A stretch of DNA of 64,000 bases from Prochlorococcus sp. AG-355-B18 (GTDB lineage: Bacteria > Cyanobacteriota > Cyanobacteriia > PCC-6307 > Cyanobiaceae): the NCBI GenBank assembly GCA_003280965.1, contig QCDI01000009.1, positions 1 to 64,000 of the forward strand. The letters run 5' to 3'. Positions 44,181-55,300 of the stretch are shown piece after piece. The notes beneath the pieces were generated by a model. The model was not told the DNA's origin and searched no databases. It worked only from the letters and a program-made list of their open reading frames with translations. Within the stretch, counting starts at the first letter, position 1; each line of letters begins with the position of its first letter. Position numbers and translations under genes: made by a program.

Positions 44181-45041
44181 ATGAAAAATATAACTTTTGA
44201 AAAATATCAAGGAAACGGAAATGATTTTATAGTAATTGATTCCAGGGGGAATGATTTATATAAAAATTACGAGATAAATAAATTTTTTGATATAAAAAAA
44301 ATTTGTAACAGGCAATTTGGTATTGGAGCAGATGGGGTAATTTTTATAGAAGAACCTAATGAAGATAATTATGCAAAAATGATAATCTTTAATTCTGATG
44401 GTTCTGAGGCACAAATGTGTGGAAACGGAATTAGGTGTTTAGTTGAGTATCTCCACGTAAATGATTCAATTAAGAATAAAAATATTGAATATAAAATTGA
44501 GACTAAAGCAGGTTTAAAAGTTGCAAAATACATAAATGATGAAATTTCAGTAAAAATGGGAGTTCCAATTTTAGATAATCAAAATATTCCAACAACAATT
44601 GAAAAAAAAATTAATTCAGTTCCTACACATAATTTTATTGAGAAAAATTTTAGTAACAAAGGTTATGCAGTAGGAATGGGAAATCCTCATTTAATATTCT
44701 TTGTACAAGACTTAGACTTAATACCTCTTTCTATACTTGGGCCAATATTTGAAAAAAATGAATTATTTCCAGAAAAAACTAATGTTCACTTTTGTCAAAT
44801 CATGAATAAAGAAAATATCAAAGTAAAAGTATGGGAAAGAGGTGCAGGAGCAACTTTAGCTTGTGGAACAGGAGCTTGTGCTATTCATGTAGCCGCTTAC
44901 AAATTAGGCCTTTGTAATTCAAAAACAACAGTAACCTTACCTGGAGGAAATCTTAAGATTGATTGGTCAAAAGACGATTGTGAAGTAATGTTGACCGGTA
45001 ATGCTAAAAAGGTTTTCTCAGGATCAATGTTAGTAAATTAA
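44181..45041 (+). CDS. dapF: Diaminopimelate epimerase
   Basis: GNDF, GIGADG, MCGNG.RC, MGNPH, ERGAG.TLACGTG. Confidence 0.97.
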   Translation: MKNITFEKYQGNGNDFIVIDSRGNDLYKNYEINKFFDIKKICNRQFGIGADGVIFIEEPNEDNYAKMIIFNSDGSEAQMCGNGIRCLVEYLHVNDSIKNKNIEYKIETKAGLKVAKYINDEISVKMGVPILDNQNIPTTIEKKINSVPTHNFIEKNFSNKGYAVGMGNPHLIFFVQDLDLIPLSILGPIFEKNELFPEKTNVHFCQIMNKENIKVKVWERGAGATLACGTGACAIHVAAYKLGLCNSKTTVTLPGGNLKIDWSKDDCEVMLTGNAKKVFSGSMLVN

Positions 45042-46213
45042 TGGAAAATAATTTTATCTATTTAGATAATGCATCTACAACTCCATTATCTGAGAATGTT
45101 TTAAATATAATAAATTCAACTTATAGGGATTATTGGCATAATCCATCATCTACATATCAGCCAGGGATAAAATGCTCTACTTATCTTGAAAAAATTAGAT
45201 CTAATATTGCTAATATATTTGAAGCACAGGCAGAAGATATAATATTTACATCTGGTTCTTCAGAATCCACAAATATTGTATTTAGTAATATTTATGAAAC
45301 CTTTAAAAATGGTAGAATTGTTATTTCAAATGTTGAACATCAGGCAACAAATATATGTGCAAATAAACTAAGAAAACAAAACTGGGATATATGTGAATGG
45401 ACAGTAAATAACGATGGAATTTTAAATATTTCTAATATTGAAAAAACGTTAACTAAAGAAACCAATCTGGCATCAATTATTTGGGGACAAAGTGAAATTG
45501 GGACAATACAACCTGTTCAATTTATTGGTTCAAAATGTAAAGAATTAAATATAATGTTTCATTTAGATGGGACACAAATATTGAGTAATGGAATATTCAG
45601 TTGGAAAGATCTTAAATGTGACTTTCTAAGTTTATCTGCTCATAAATTTGGAGGCCCAAAAGGTATAGGTATTCTTTTAACAAAAGAAAAGTCTAGACTA
45701 ATTTTAAAAAATAAAGACATATCACTTACTCAGGAATATTCAATTAGACAAGGAACACAAGCTTTGCCATTAATTGCTGGAATGTATGAATCATTAAAGA
45801 ATATTAAAGGAAAAATAAAATTATATGATTACTTTACTGAATTTCCTTTAAATAATATTAATAAACTTAAAAATTATTTTTTCCAAAAAATACAGGATAA
45901 TAAACATATAAAGATTACAGGAAGTATTAACCATAGGCTCCCCAACCATATTTCATTTCTACTATTAAATAAACGATTTAAGCCTATAAGGGCCTACAAG
46001 ATTGTTAATTTCATGTCAGAAAATAATATAGCAATAAGTAGTGGAAGTGCATGTTCTAGCTCTTCTGGAAACCCTAGCTCAACCCTCAAAAATATTGGTT
46101 TTAAAGATGATGAACTATATTCAAATATTCGTGTTACTTTAGGTTCATTAAACTATAAGTCAGAAATAGATAAATTTTTAGAGCTTATTCAAATATGTAT
46201 TGACAAATTTTAA
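45041..46213 (+). CDS. Cysteine desulfurase, IscS/NifS-like
   Basis: YLDNASTTP, FTSGSSES, SAHKFGGPKG (PLP lysine), SSGSACSS (catalytic cysteine). Confidence 0.88.
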   Translation: MENNFIYLDNASTTPLSENVLNIINSTYRDYWHNPSSTYQPGIKCSTYLEKIRSNIANIFEAQAEDIIFTSGSSESTNIVFSNIYETFKNGRIVISNVEHQATNICANKLRKQNWDICEWTVNNDGILNISNIEKTLTKETNLASIIWGQSEIGTIQPVQFIGSKCKELNIMFHLDGTQILSNGIFSWKDLKCDFLSLSAHKFGGPKGIGILLTKEKSRLILKNKDISLTQEYSIRQGTQALPLIAGMYESLKNIKGKIKLYDYFTEFPLNNINKLKNYFFQKIQDNKHIKITGSINHRLPNHISFLLLNKRFKPIRAYKIVNFMSENNIAISSGSACSSSSGNPSSTLKNIGFKDDELYSNIRVTLGSLNYKSEIDKFLELIQICIDKF

Positions 46214-46839
46214 TGGAAACTAATTACAGACTACCTAAAGATTTAAACGAATCTCTTAAAAATATGGAAGATGCAATTATTCCAAGTTTATTAGATTCCA
46301 ATAAAAGATTTACTATAGAATTTAATTTTGAAGGGTTAAAATTTAATAGAATTGGAATAACTATTTACAAGATATTAGCTAAAAATAATAATGTATTTAT
46401 AACATTTGCTGATCCGGGTGCGGTAGCTCTGGCTCAAAGAGACTATCCAGATATCAAAGATAAAATCTTTACTTTTAAATCATTTAATGAATCAAACAAT
46501 ATAAATAATTTTGATAGTGCAATGATATCGATGCTTCCTCAACCTTATGATTTCGATTCATTTGAACCAATGACTGATAATTATCAAGGAACTCATTATT
46601 CATTAAATCCAAAATTTGAAGATGCTAATATTGGTATAGGAAGTGTTATTAGAGAGAGACGTAAAAACTTTGTTAAAACTTGGAAAAATATTTATTTTAT
46701 CCAGCCTTTAAACAATGCAGCTCTTATGCATATTTATCCAAATAATTGGTTACTTTTCAAAGAAGAAAATAAAAAATATTTTTTTAAAAAAGAATTTGAA
46801 ATTAAACCCGACAATGAATCTATTTTTGTGAATTTATAG
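46213..46839 (+). CDS. DUF1995-family cyanobacterial protein
   Basis: FADPGAVALAQRD, LNPKFEDANIGIG..RERRKNF, YPNNW. Family name is from recall. Confidence 0.75.
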   Translation: METNYRLPKDLNESLKNMEDAIIPSLLDSNKRFTIEFNFEGLKFNRIGITIYKILAKNNNVFITFADPGAVALAQRDYPDIKDKIFTFKSFNESNNINNFDSAMISMLPQPYDFDSFEPMTDNYQGTHYSLNPKFEDANIGIGSVIRERRKNFVKTWKNIYFIQPLNNAALMHIYPNNWLLFKEENKKYFFKKEFEIKPDNESIFVNL

Positions 46840-46840
46840 A

Positions 46841-48070
46841 TTGAATGTGATAAAAAAAATTTATTCATTTTTCCTAATTGTTCTTTTATTAGTAACATCT
46901 CCTTTCTTAATAAGATATTTACTAATAAATAAAAAAATAAGGCTATTAAATAATATTTATTTTAATTTTCCAGGAATAATTACTAATAATAAAAAATGTC
47001 CTACCTATGATGCTTTATTGAATCAAAATCTTGATGACTCTTTTAGTGTATCAATTATCAATAATAACGGTACTATGATTAGTTCCTATAATGATGAAGT
47101 TACTAGATTGCCAGCATCAAATCAAAAATTATTCTCATCAGCTTATGTTTTAAGTAAATATAAATTAAATAATAATTTAAAAACATCTTTATTAAAAAAA
47201 AATAAAAATAATTATTATTTGCTTGGTCAAGGAGATCCAGATTTGAATTATGAAAACATAATCGAACTAATTTCAAATGTTAAAGAAAACAAAATTATTA
47301 ACTTTAATATTGTAGAAATTGATTCAAAATTATATTGGCCTTTGGGTTGGACAAATACTGATAAACTTTACGAATATGGAGCTCCTATTAGCTCTCTTGC
47401 AATAGAGAGTAATCACAATAAAAATGATGACATTTATGCTTTAAAAAATTTTATTAAAAATTATTTAGAAAAAAAATTTTCAGGTTCAAATGTAAATATT
47501 AATTTTTTTGATTCAGAAAAAAAATTTTATTTAAAAGATACTACCGAGATAAATAGAGTATATTCAACTCCAATTCTCTCATTACTAACTTTAACTAATT
47601 CTGAAAGCCATAATTTTACTGCAGAATCTATCTTTAAAAATGCCTCAAATACATGGAACGATAATGATTATATAAAATTAAAAAATTGGCTAGAAAATAA
47701 AGGTCTCCCAGTAACAAATACATACTTTGCAGATGCTAGTGGATTGTCTAGAAAAAATAAAATTACAACTAAATTGGTAGGTTTGTTTTTAGATAAAATG
47801 AGGTATTCTAATGATTTTAAAGCTTATCAATCTACACTTTCAATTATGGGAGTAAGAGGAACATTAGCGAAACGATTTATAAATACTGAATTAGCAGGAA
47901 AGTTTTTTGGAAAAACTGGCACTCTTTCAAACGTATTTGCATTATCAGGATATTTATATAAAAATGATAAGCCAATAATTATTAGCATTATTCAAAATTC
48001 AAATAAAATTGATAAAGAAAAGGCTTTTAAATTATTACGTGAAGTTTATTACATGAAATCATGTGAATAA
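46841..48070 (+). CDS. dacB: D-alanyl-D-alanine carboxypeptidase/endopeptidase PBP4 (peptidase S13)
   Basis: SxxK (PASNQK), SxN (SHN), DASGLSR, KTG (GKTGTL), N-terminal membrane anchor. Confidence 0.9.
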   Translation: MNVIKKIYSFFLIVLLLVTSPFLIRYLLINKKIRLLNNIYFNFPGIITNNKKCPTYDALLNQNLDDSFSVSIINNNGTMISSYNDEVTRLPASNQKLFSSAYVLSKYKLNNNLKTSLLKKNKNNYYLLGQGDPDLNYENIIELISNVKENKIINFNIVEIDSKLYWPLGWTNTDKLYEYGAPISSLAIESNHNKNDDIYALKNFIKNYLEKKFSGSNVNINFFDSEKKFYLKDTTEINRVYSTPILSLLTLTNSESHNFTAESIFKNASNTWNDNDYIKLKNWLENKGLPVTNTYFADASGLSRKNKITTKLVGLFLDKMRYSNDFKAYQSTLSIMGVRGTLAKRFINTELAGKFFGKTGTLSNVFALSGYLYKNDKPIIISIIQNSNKIDKEKAFKLLREVYYMKSCE

Positions 48071-48075
48071 AAAAA

Positions 48076-48549
48076 TTATTTAAAGTATTCTTTTAAATCC
48101 TTTTCAACAGAAGGCGGTACCATGTGATTAATTTCTCCTCCAAATTTTGCAACTTCTTTAACTAAAGAACTACTAAGAAAACTAAAATTTGTATTTGTTG
48201 ATAAAAATATAGTTTCAACATCATTATTCAAAGATTTATTTGTATGAGCGATCTGGAGTTCATACTCAAAATCGCTCATTGCTCTCAAGCCTCTTAATAT
48301 AAGTTTAGCTTTTAAATCCTTTGCACAATCGACAGTTAGTCCTGAATAAGAAATAACCTCAACATTAGGTAAATGAGAAAGAGAATTTTTAATTTGCAAT
48401 ATTCTTTTTTGAAGATTAAATGTTGGAGTTTTAGAAGTATTTTCTAAAACAGCAACAACAAGATTGCCAAACAATTTTTCAGCCCTTTCTATTAAATCAA
48501 TATGCCCGTTTGTAAGTGGATCAAATGTACCTGGATAAAGAATTTTCAT
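48076..48549 (-). CDS. coaD: Pantetheine-phosphate adenylyltransferase
   Basis: [33 protein letters not shown]. Confidence 0.97.
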   Translation of the reverse strand: MKILYPGTFDPLTNGHIDLIERAEKLFGNLVVAVLENTSKTPTFNLQKRILQIKNSLSHLPNVEVISYSGLTVDCAKDLKAKLILRGLRAMSDFEYELQIAHTNKSLNNDVETIFLSTNTNFSFLSSSLVKEVAKFGGEINHMVPPSVEKDLKEYFK

Positions 48550-48608
48550 GAATTTATTATGATCGAATAAGAAATTTAGTTAAAATAAGTTTATTAGATA
48601 AATCAATT

Positions 48609-49097
48609 ATGACATTAAATCTAGAAGCAAAAAAAATCTTATTAAGAAAAATACCTCATGGATTATTCATTTGTGGTGTTAGAGATGAAGATAAAAATGA
48701 AGTAAATGGATTTACTGCTAGTTGGGTTACTCAAGGTTCCTTTAATCCACCATTAGTTGTTATGGCTGTTAGAGCAGAGGGTTCTAGTCATGAAATAATA
48801 AAATCTACAAATAAGTTTTCACTTAATGTTCTTAAAGCTGATCAAAAGGATCTTGCAGCTGTTTTCTTTAAACCCCAAAAAGCATTAGGAGGAAGATTTG
48901 AATCTGTAGAATTTAATTTGGGTGAACTTGGACTACCTATTTTAGTAGATAGTGTTGGTGGAGTTGAATGTAAAGTTGTTGGAAGCGTTATCCATGGAGA
49001 CCATACCGTTTTTGTAGGTGAAGTTAATTCTGCTTATTTGAATAATGATGTTGACTCACTTAATTTATCTTCAACTGGCTGGAATTACGGAGGTTAA
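48609..49097 (+). CDS. Flavin reductase-like protein
   Basis: GFTASWVTQGSFNPP and GDHTVFVGEV. Confidence 0.88.
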   Translation: MTLNLEAKKILLRKIPHGLFICGVRDEDKNEVNGFTASWVTQGSFNPPLVVMAVRAEGSSHEIIKSTNKFSLNVLKADQKDLAAVFFKPQKALGGRFESVEFNLGELGLPILVDSVGGVECKVVGSVIHGDHTVFVGEVNSAYLNNDVDSLNLSSTGWNYGG

Positions 49098-49106
49098 TTA
49101 CTATAA

Positions 49107-51065
49107 ATGAGTAATTCCTTTATCAAAAAAATAGATAAAAAATATAATTTCAAAATTGAATATAAATTAATAAATAATAAGGAGTTATTAAAATCAAGAC
49201 TGTCCGAAATTCCAAAATCTTCTGGCTGTTATCTTTTTAAAGACATTGATAATAATTTACTTTATATTGGTAAATCCAAAAAACTACGCAGTAGAGTAAG
49301 TAGTTATTTCAATAATTTTGCAGATTTAACTCCAAGATTAAGTTTGATGGTGCGTCAAATAACTGAAATCGAAATTATAATTACAGATAGCGAATATGAA
49401 GCATTAAATTTAGAGTCAAATTTAATAAAAACAAACAAACCATATTTTAATATTCTTTTAAAGGATGATAAGAAATATCCATATCTTTGTATAACTTGGA
49501 GTGAGAAATACCCGCGAATATTTATAACAAGAAGAAGAAGAAACAGAAATAATTTAGATAGATATTATGGACCATATGTTGATGTCGGACTACTAAGGAG
49601 AACATTATTTACTATTAAAAAAATATTTCCCCTTAGACAAAGACCAAGGCCGGTTTATAAAGATCGAACTTGTTTGAATTATTCAATAGGAAGATGTCCA
49701 GGCGTATGCCAAGAAATAATATCATCAGACGATTACAAAAAAATAATGAAACAAGTATCCATGATATTTCAGGGAAGAAATGATGACTTGGAACTATTTT
49801 TACAAACAAAAATGTCTCAATTCTCAGATGATTTAGATTATGAAAATGCAGCAAAAATAAGAGATCAAATTACAGGTTTAAGATTATTAACTGAATCACA
49901 AAAAATCTCGATTCCAGATTCATCAATTAATAGAGATATATTTGGGATAGTTTCAGAAAAAAACGTTGCTAGTATACAAATTTTTCAAATGAGATCTGGT
50001 AAGCTCATTGGAAGAATTGGCTATAGTCAAAAATTAAATAATGAAGACGAAAATCTTATATTGCAAAGAGTATTAGAAGAGCATTATATGAATGTAGAAG
50101 GAGTAGAAATACCATCAGAAATTCTTATGCAATATAACCTTCCGAAACAAAAAACATTAGAGGATTGGTTAACTCAGCTAAGAAAAAACAAAGTAAAAAT
50201 TATTATCCCAAAAAGAAATAAAAAACATGAGACAGTAGAGATGGTTTTAAAAAATGCAAAATTAGAATTAGATAGAATATTAAATGGTATACAAGATAAT
50301 GAATCAGCAGTTGAAGACCTTACCCAAATACTTGAATTAAGCGAACAACCTAAAAGAATTGAAGGTTATGATATAAGCCATATTCAAGGTTCAGACCCTG
50401 TAGCATCACAAGTAGTTTTTATTGATGGTATTCCATCTAAACAGCATTACAGGAAATATAAGATTAAAGATCCAAATGTTTTTATTGGTCATAGTGATGA
50501 TTTTGCCTCGATATATGAAGTTATATATAGAAGGTTTAGAAAATGGTCAAGATTTAAAGAGAACGGAGGAGATTTTTCAATATTAAATGATAAAACGAAT
50601 AGCAAATTAAATAATGAACTTCTATCAGATTGGCCTGATTTAATAATGATTGATGGTGGGAAAGGGCAGTTAAATGCCGCCATAAAAGCATTAAAAGAAT
50701 TAAATCTTGAGGAAGAAGTTGCTATTTGTTCTTTGGCAAAAAAAAATGAAGAAATATTTATACCAGGCTTTACTAAATCTCTAGATACTGATGAAAACCA
50801 AAAAGGAGTTCTTTTACTAAGAAGGTTAAGAGATGAAGCACATAGATTTGCATTGTCTTTTCATAGAGATAAAAGATCTAAAAGAATGAATAGATCACAA
50901 TTATCACAAATAAGTGGATTGGGGCCATCAAGAATAAGAGAATTGCTAGAACATTTCAAATCAATAGACGCAATAAGAATAGCTAGTAAAGAGGAATTAT
51001 CAAAAGTTAAAGGACTTGGAAAAAATTCAGTGAATGATATATATGAATATTTTCATGAGTTATAA
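49107..51065 (+). CDS. uvrC: Excinuclease ABC subunit C
   Basis: GIY-YIG domain (GCYLF..YIGKS..LRSR), YENAAKIRD, YDISH, DGGKGQ, RDEAHRFA, HhH motifs. Confidence 0.98.
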   Translation: MSNSFIKKIDKKYNFKIEYKLINNKELLKSRLSEIPKSSGCYLFKDIDNNLLYIGKSKKLRSRVSSYFNNFADLTPRLSLMVRQITEIEIIITDSEYEALNLESNLIKTNKPYFNILLKDDKKYPYLCITWSEKYPRIFITRRRRNRNNLDRYYGPYVDVGLLRRTLFTIKKIFPLRQRPRPVYKDRTCLNYSIGRCPGVCQEIISSDDYKKIMKQVSMIFQGRNDDLELFLQTKMSQFSDDLDYENAAKIRDQITGLRLLTESQKISIPDSSINRDIFGIVSEKNVASIQIFQMRSGKLIGRIGYSQKLNNEDENLILQRVLEEHYMNVEGVEIPSEILMQYNLPKQKTLEDWLTQLRKNKVKIIIPKRNKKHETVEMVLKNAKLELDRILNGIQDNESAVEDLTQILELSEQPKRIEGYDISHIQGSDPVASQVVFIDGIPSKQHYRKYKIKDPNVFIGHSDDFASIYEVIYRRFRKWSRFKENGGDFSILNDKTNSKLNNELLSDWPDLIMIDGGKGQLNAAIKALKELNLEEEVAICSLAKKNEEIFIPGFTKSLDTDENQKGVLLLRRLRDEAHRFALSFHRDKRSKRMNRSQLSQISGLGPSRIRELLEHFKSIDAIRIASKEELSKVKGLGKNSVNDIYEYFHEL

Positions 51066-51148
51066 ATATTAATTAATTTTTAAAAATATATTTCTAGATA
51101 TTGTTAATAATAACTATATTTAAAATATAATTATTAAAATCTAGTAAT

Positions 51149-51715
51149 TTGAAAGCTGAAGCATATCTCTGGTTTAAATCACTTCACATAATTGGTGTAA
51201 TCGTTTGGTTTTCAGGAATATTTTATTTAGTAAGACTTTTTATATATCATGAAGAATCTAAAAATATGGATAATGAATTGAAAATTGCTTTTAATAATCA
51301 ATATACCTTGATGGAAAAAAGGTTGGCAAATATAATCACAACTCCTGGGATGATATTAGCTTTAAGTATGGCTATATGCATGGTTATTATGCAGCCAACT
51401 TTGTTAAGTGAAAGGTGGTTACAAATAAAAATTTCTTTTGTATTAGGGTTAGTAATTTATCATTCTTTTTGTTATAAAATCATGTATTCATTACAAAATG
51501 GTTCCTCTACCATTTCAGCAAAAAATCTAAGATTATTAAACGAATTACCGACTTTATTATTATTTATAATTGTACTTTTAGTTATTTTTAAAAATAATTT
51601 TCCTACCAGTGTTGCCACATGGAGCGTAGTAGGATTAGTTATTTTTATGTTGGCCTCAATACAATTATATGCAAAGATTAGGAAGAAAAATGAGAATTCA
51701 TTAAGTAATGAATAG
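51149..51715 (+). CDS. hemJ: Protoporphyrinogen IX oxidase HemJ
   Basis: YLWFKSLHIIG..WFSG.FYL.RLFIYH, MEKRL, LRLLNELPT. Confidence 0.93.
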   Translation: MKAEAYLWFKSLHIIGVIVWFSGIFYLVRLFIYHEESKNMDNELKIAFNNQYTLMEKRLANIITTPGMILALSMAICMVIMQPTLLSERWLQIKISFVLGLVIYHSFCYKIMYSLQNGSSTISAKNLRLLNELPTLLLFIIVLLVIFKNNFPTSVATWSVVGLVIFMLASIQLYAKIRKKNENSLSNE

Positions 51716-52355
51716 GGAAGACTTAATAAAATTAACCTCAAATATTAATAAATATAGTTGTCCAGAAAATATTAATTTTCACTGTCATACAAAATTTAGT
51801 GATGGCAGTCTAGATCCTTATGAAATTTTAGAACAAGCTTATAAAAACAAATTAAAATTTTTATCAATAACCGATCATCATACAATTAAGGCTCATGAAT
51901 ATATTAAAAAAAATAATATACTTAGAAATTATCCTAAAGATTCTTTTAGATTAATATCTGGCATAGAAATTAATTGTTTAATTCTAGGATGTTTAGTACA
52001 TGTAATTGGATTGGGAATAGATATAACAAGTGAATACCTTAATCCCTACATCCTCGGAGAATCACCAATAGGTAATGATTTAAATATTAAATCAGTTATT
52101 AAAGCAATAAATTTAGCTGGTGGTTTATCATTTCTTGCACATCCCGCTAGGTACAGGATTCCTTTTTATAAATTAATTCCAGAAGCCAAAATACAAGGTA
52201 TTGATGGTGTAGAAGTTTGGTACGATTATGAACTAAATGATGAATGGAAACCTAGTTTATTTGTCTGTTCAGAAATTGATAAATTAGCAGATAGATATTC
52301 CATGCTAAAAACATGCGGAACAGATAGTCATGGGCTTTCAATATTAGGAAGATAA
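51708..52355 (+). CDS. PHP-family metal-dependent phosphoesterase
   Basis: HCHT..SDG, ITDHH, GIEI, LAHP, GTDSH. Confidence 0.9.
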   Translation: MNREDLIKLTSNINKYSCPENINFHCHTKFSDGSLDPYEILEQAYKNKLKFLSITDHHTIKAHEYIKKNNILRNYPKDSFRLISGIEINCLILGCLVHVIGLGIDITSEYLNPYILGESPIGNDLNIKSVIKAINLAGGLSFLAHPARYRIPFYKLIPEAKIQGIDGVEVWYDYELNDEWKPSLFVCSEIDKLADRYSMLKTCGTDSHGLSILGR

Positions 52356-52356
52356 T

Positions 52357-55300
52357 TTAGAATTCGTTTTTCTCAATTATTGAATCAGTATTAATAATTA
52401 TGTGCTTTAAATTTTCAGTGACCTCAGAAGAACAGTTTTTCCACATTTTTCTATTTATGATCTCAAGAAATCTTTGTGATATATCTCTCAAAGCCCATGG
52501 ATTATTCTCTAAAAAGAAATTTAAAAGATCTTGATCACATAACCATGATTTATAAACATCTTCATAACACCAATCTGAAACAACATCTGTAGTGGCATCA
52601 AAAGCATATAAGTAATCTAATGACGCTGAAAATTCAAAAGCACCTTTATATCCATTATCTTTCATTCCATTTATCCATTTTGGGTTAAGAATTCTTGATA
52701 TAACAACTTTATTAATTTCATCTTTTAATTTTGAAATTTTTGATAATCCAAATTTAGATAAATCACCATGATACATTTCAGGAAATTTACCTCTAATTTT
52801 TTTAATTGCTGAAGATAAACCACCTTGAAACTGATAATAATCGTCGGAATCTAAAATATCATGTTCCTTATTATCTTGGTTATGAACAACTAACTGCACG
52901 TTCTTGAGAGCATTTTCTAATGATTTTTTATCTTCTATAGGCTCAGAATTATCATTGTAAATCCACTTACTCCAATTAAGAAAAGATTCCCCAAAATCAT
53001 CAATATTTTCCCAATTAGAATTTGATATTAGTTCCTGTAGGCCGGCTCCATATGAACTTGGTGCTGATCCAAAAATTCGGTTAATTGGATCACCTTCCTT
53101 TAATGCTTTAGCTAGAGGATTAAATATATCATTCTCATTAAGATTAGAAACAAGAATTATTGCTTTAGAAGTTAATTTAACTAACTGAGGAAATGCGTCT
53201 CTAAACATTCCCGAAATCCTCAACGTCACATCAACCCTTGGCCTATCGAGAATAGATAAAGGAATAATTTCTAAATCAATTACTCTCCTAGAAGGTCCAT
53301 CCCATATAGGTTGTACGCCTAATAAATATAATATTTGACAAATATCTTCTCCTCCATTTCGCATTGTAGATGTTGCCCATACAGATATTGCTATATTTTT
53401 TAAATCTTCTCCATTTTCTTGTTTGTATAAATCAAGTATTTGAGAGGCAGATTTACAACCTACAATCCATGCTGATTCAGTTGGCAGTCCTCTAGAATCA
53501 ACTGAAAAAAAATTTTTACCAGTTGGTAAAGCTTCAGTTTTACCTCTGGTTGGAGCTCCTGATGGACCACTTTTTATATATTGACCATTTAATGAATTAA
53601 TAAAAGAAAATTTCTCATTATATGAGGAATTTATTATGGGGTTTAGGATCTCATTTTTTAATAATAAAAAATAATCATTATGTTTTTTACTATTAAAAAA
53701 TAAGTCTATTATCTTTTGATTTTTATATTTTTCTAGATTTTTTATATTGGCTTTCTCTTTGTAAAAAAACAAATATATTAAATATTTTGCTTGTTGTTCT
53801 AAAAACTCAATAGACATTCTAAAGTTTAGAATGTTTTTCTTCGAAAACGTAAATAATATTTTTTTATCTTTTACACTTAACTTCTGATCATATTTATTAG
53901 TCCAGGGATTCAAATCTAGTCTTAAATGTTCTGCTATATATTGAACAACACCAATGCGGGATGCAGTTGGCACTCTAGCAATACACAAGAATAAATTTAT
54001 TTCATTAATTTCATTCTGCCTATTACCAAAAACATGCAGACCCGTTCTAATTTGAGATTCTTTAATTTGACATAGAAAGGAATCGATTTCCTCAATTTGA
54101 TTGTATTTATTATCTAAAGAGATTTCTGTAAAATCTCTTTTAATTAAATCAAAAATAGATTTTTCAATTATTTCAATACGATTAGAATTTAATAATTTTG
54201 CTTCAAAATATTCGTCTAAATAATTTTCCAAATTTGAATATTTTCCATATAATTCTGACCTATCCAAAGGAGGTGTTAAATGGTCAATAATTGTAGCTGC
54301 AGTTCTTCTTTTAGCTTGGGATCCTTCTCCAGGATCATTGACGATAAAGGGATATATATTGGGTATAGCTGGACAAATAATATTTGGGAAACATTTATTG
54401 CTGAGACCTATAGATTTGCCAGGTAACCATTCAACAGTACCGTGTTTACCTATATGACAAATAGCATTTGCATTAAAAACTTTATCTATCCAATGATATT
54501 GCGCCAAATATCTATGCGGAGGGGGAAGATCAGGAGAATGAATATCTCTATCAGTGTAAGAATCATATCCTCTCTGAGGTTGAATCAATAATGTTATTTT
54601 TCCGAATTTAAGACCATTTATTGAGAAGCCTTCGTTATCAAGATCGATTGCTTCAGATGGTTGTCCCCAACGTTTAACTATAAGATTTTTGGGGTCAATT
54701 TCTAAATAATTCCAATATTTTAGGTATTCTCTAAGTGGTAAGTAATCTAATGGTTTATTATTTTGAGACTCAATATCATTTGTTCTAGTTTTAATAAGCA
54801 TAGACATTAATTCAGAAGAATCTTGTGGATGATCACCAGATCCAAGGTCATAACCTTCTTCTTTTAACCAGTTAAGAATATTTATTATCGAAGTTGGTGT
54901 ATTAAGACCAACACCATTACCAATTCTTCCATTCTTAACTGGATAATTACTTATTACTAAACAAATATTTTTATTAAAATTATCAAGTTTTTGAAGTATC
55001 ACATAATTTTTTGCTAATTTTGAAATCCATTTAATACCATCAGTATCAGCTTTGTAACTAGTAATTTCACTGTAAAGTGTATTTTTTACAGAAATTATTT
55101 CTTTAAAAGCAGAAGGACAGGTGGTAATTCTTCCATCAAATTCAGGAATAATTATTTGCATTAATAATTCAGATGAATTCATTCCAATAGATGAATTTAA
55201 CCAATTTTGTCTTGATCTATTAGAGGAAAGAAGCTGCAAAATTGGGATTTTTAATGAAGTAAAAATATTTATTGAATTTTCAATTAAATCGTTATTTTTT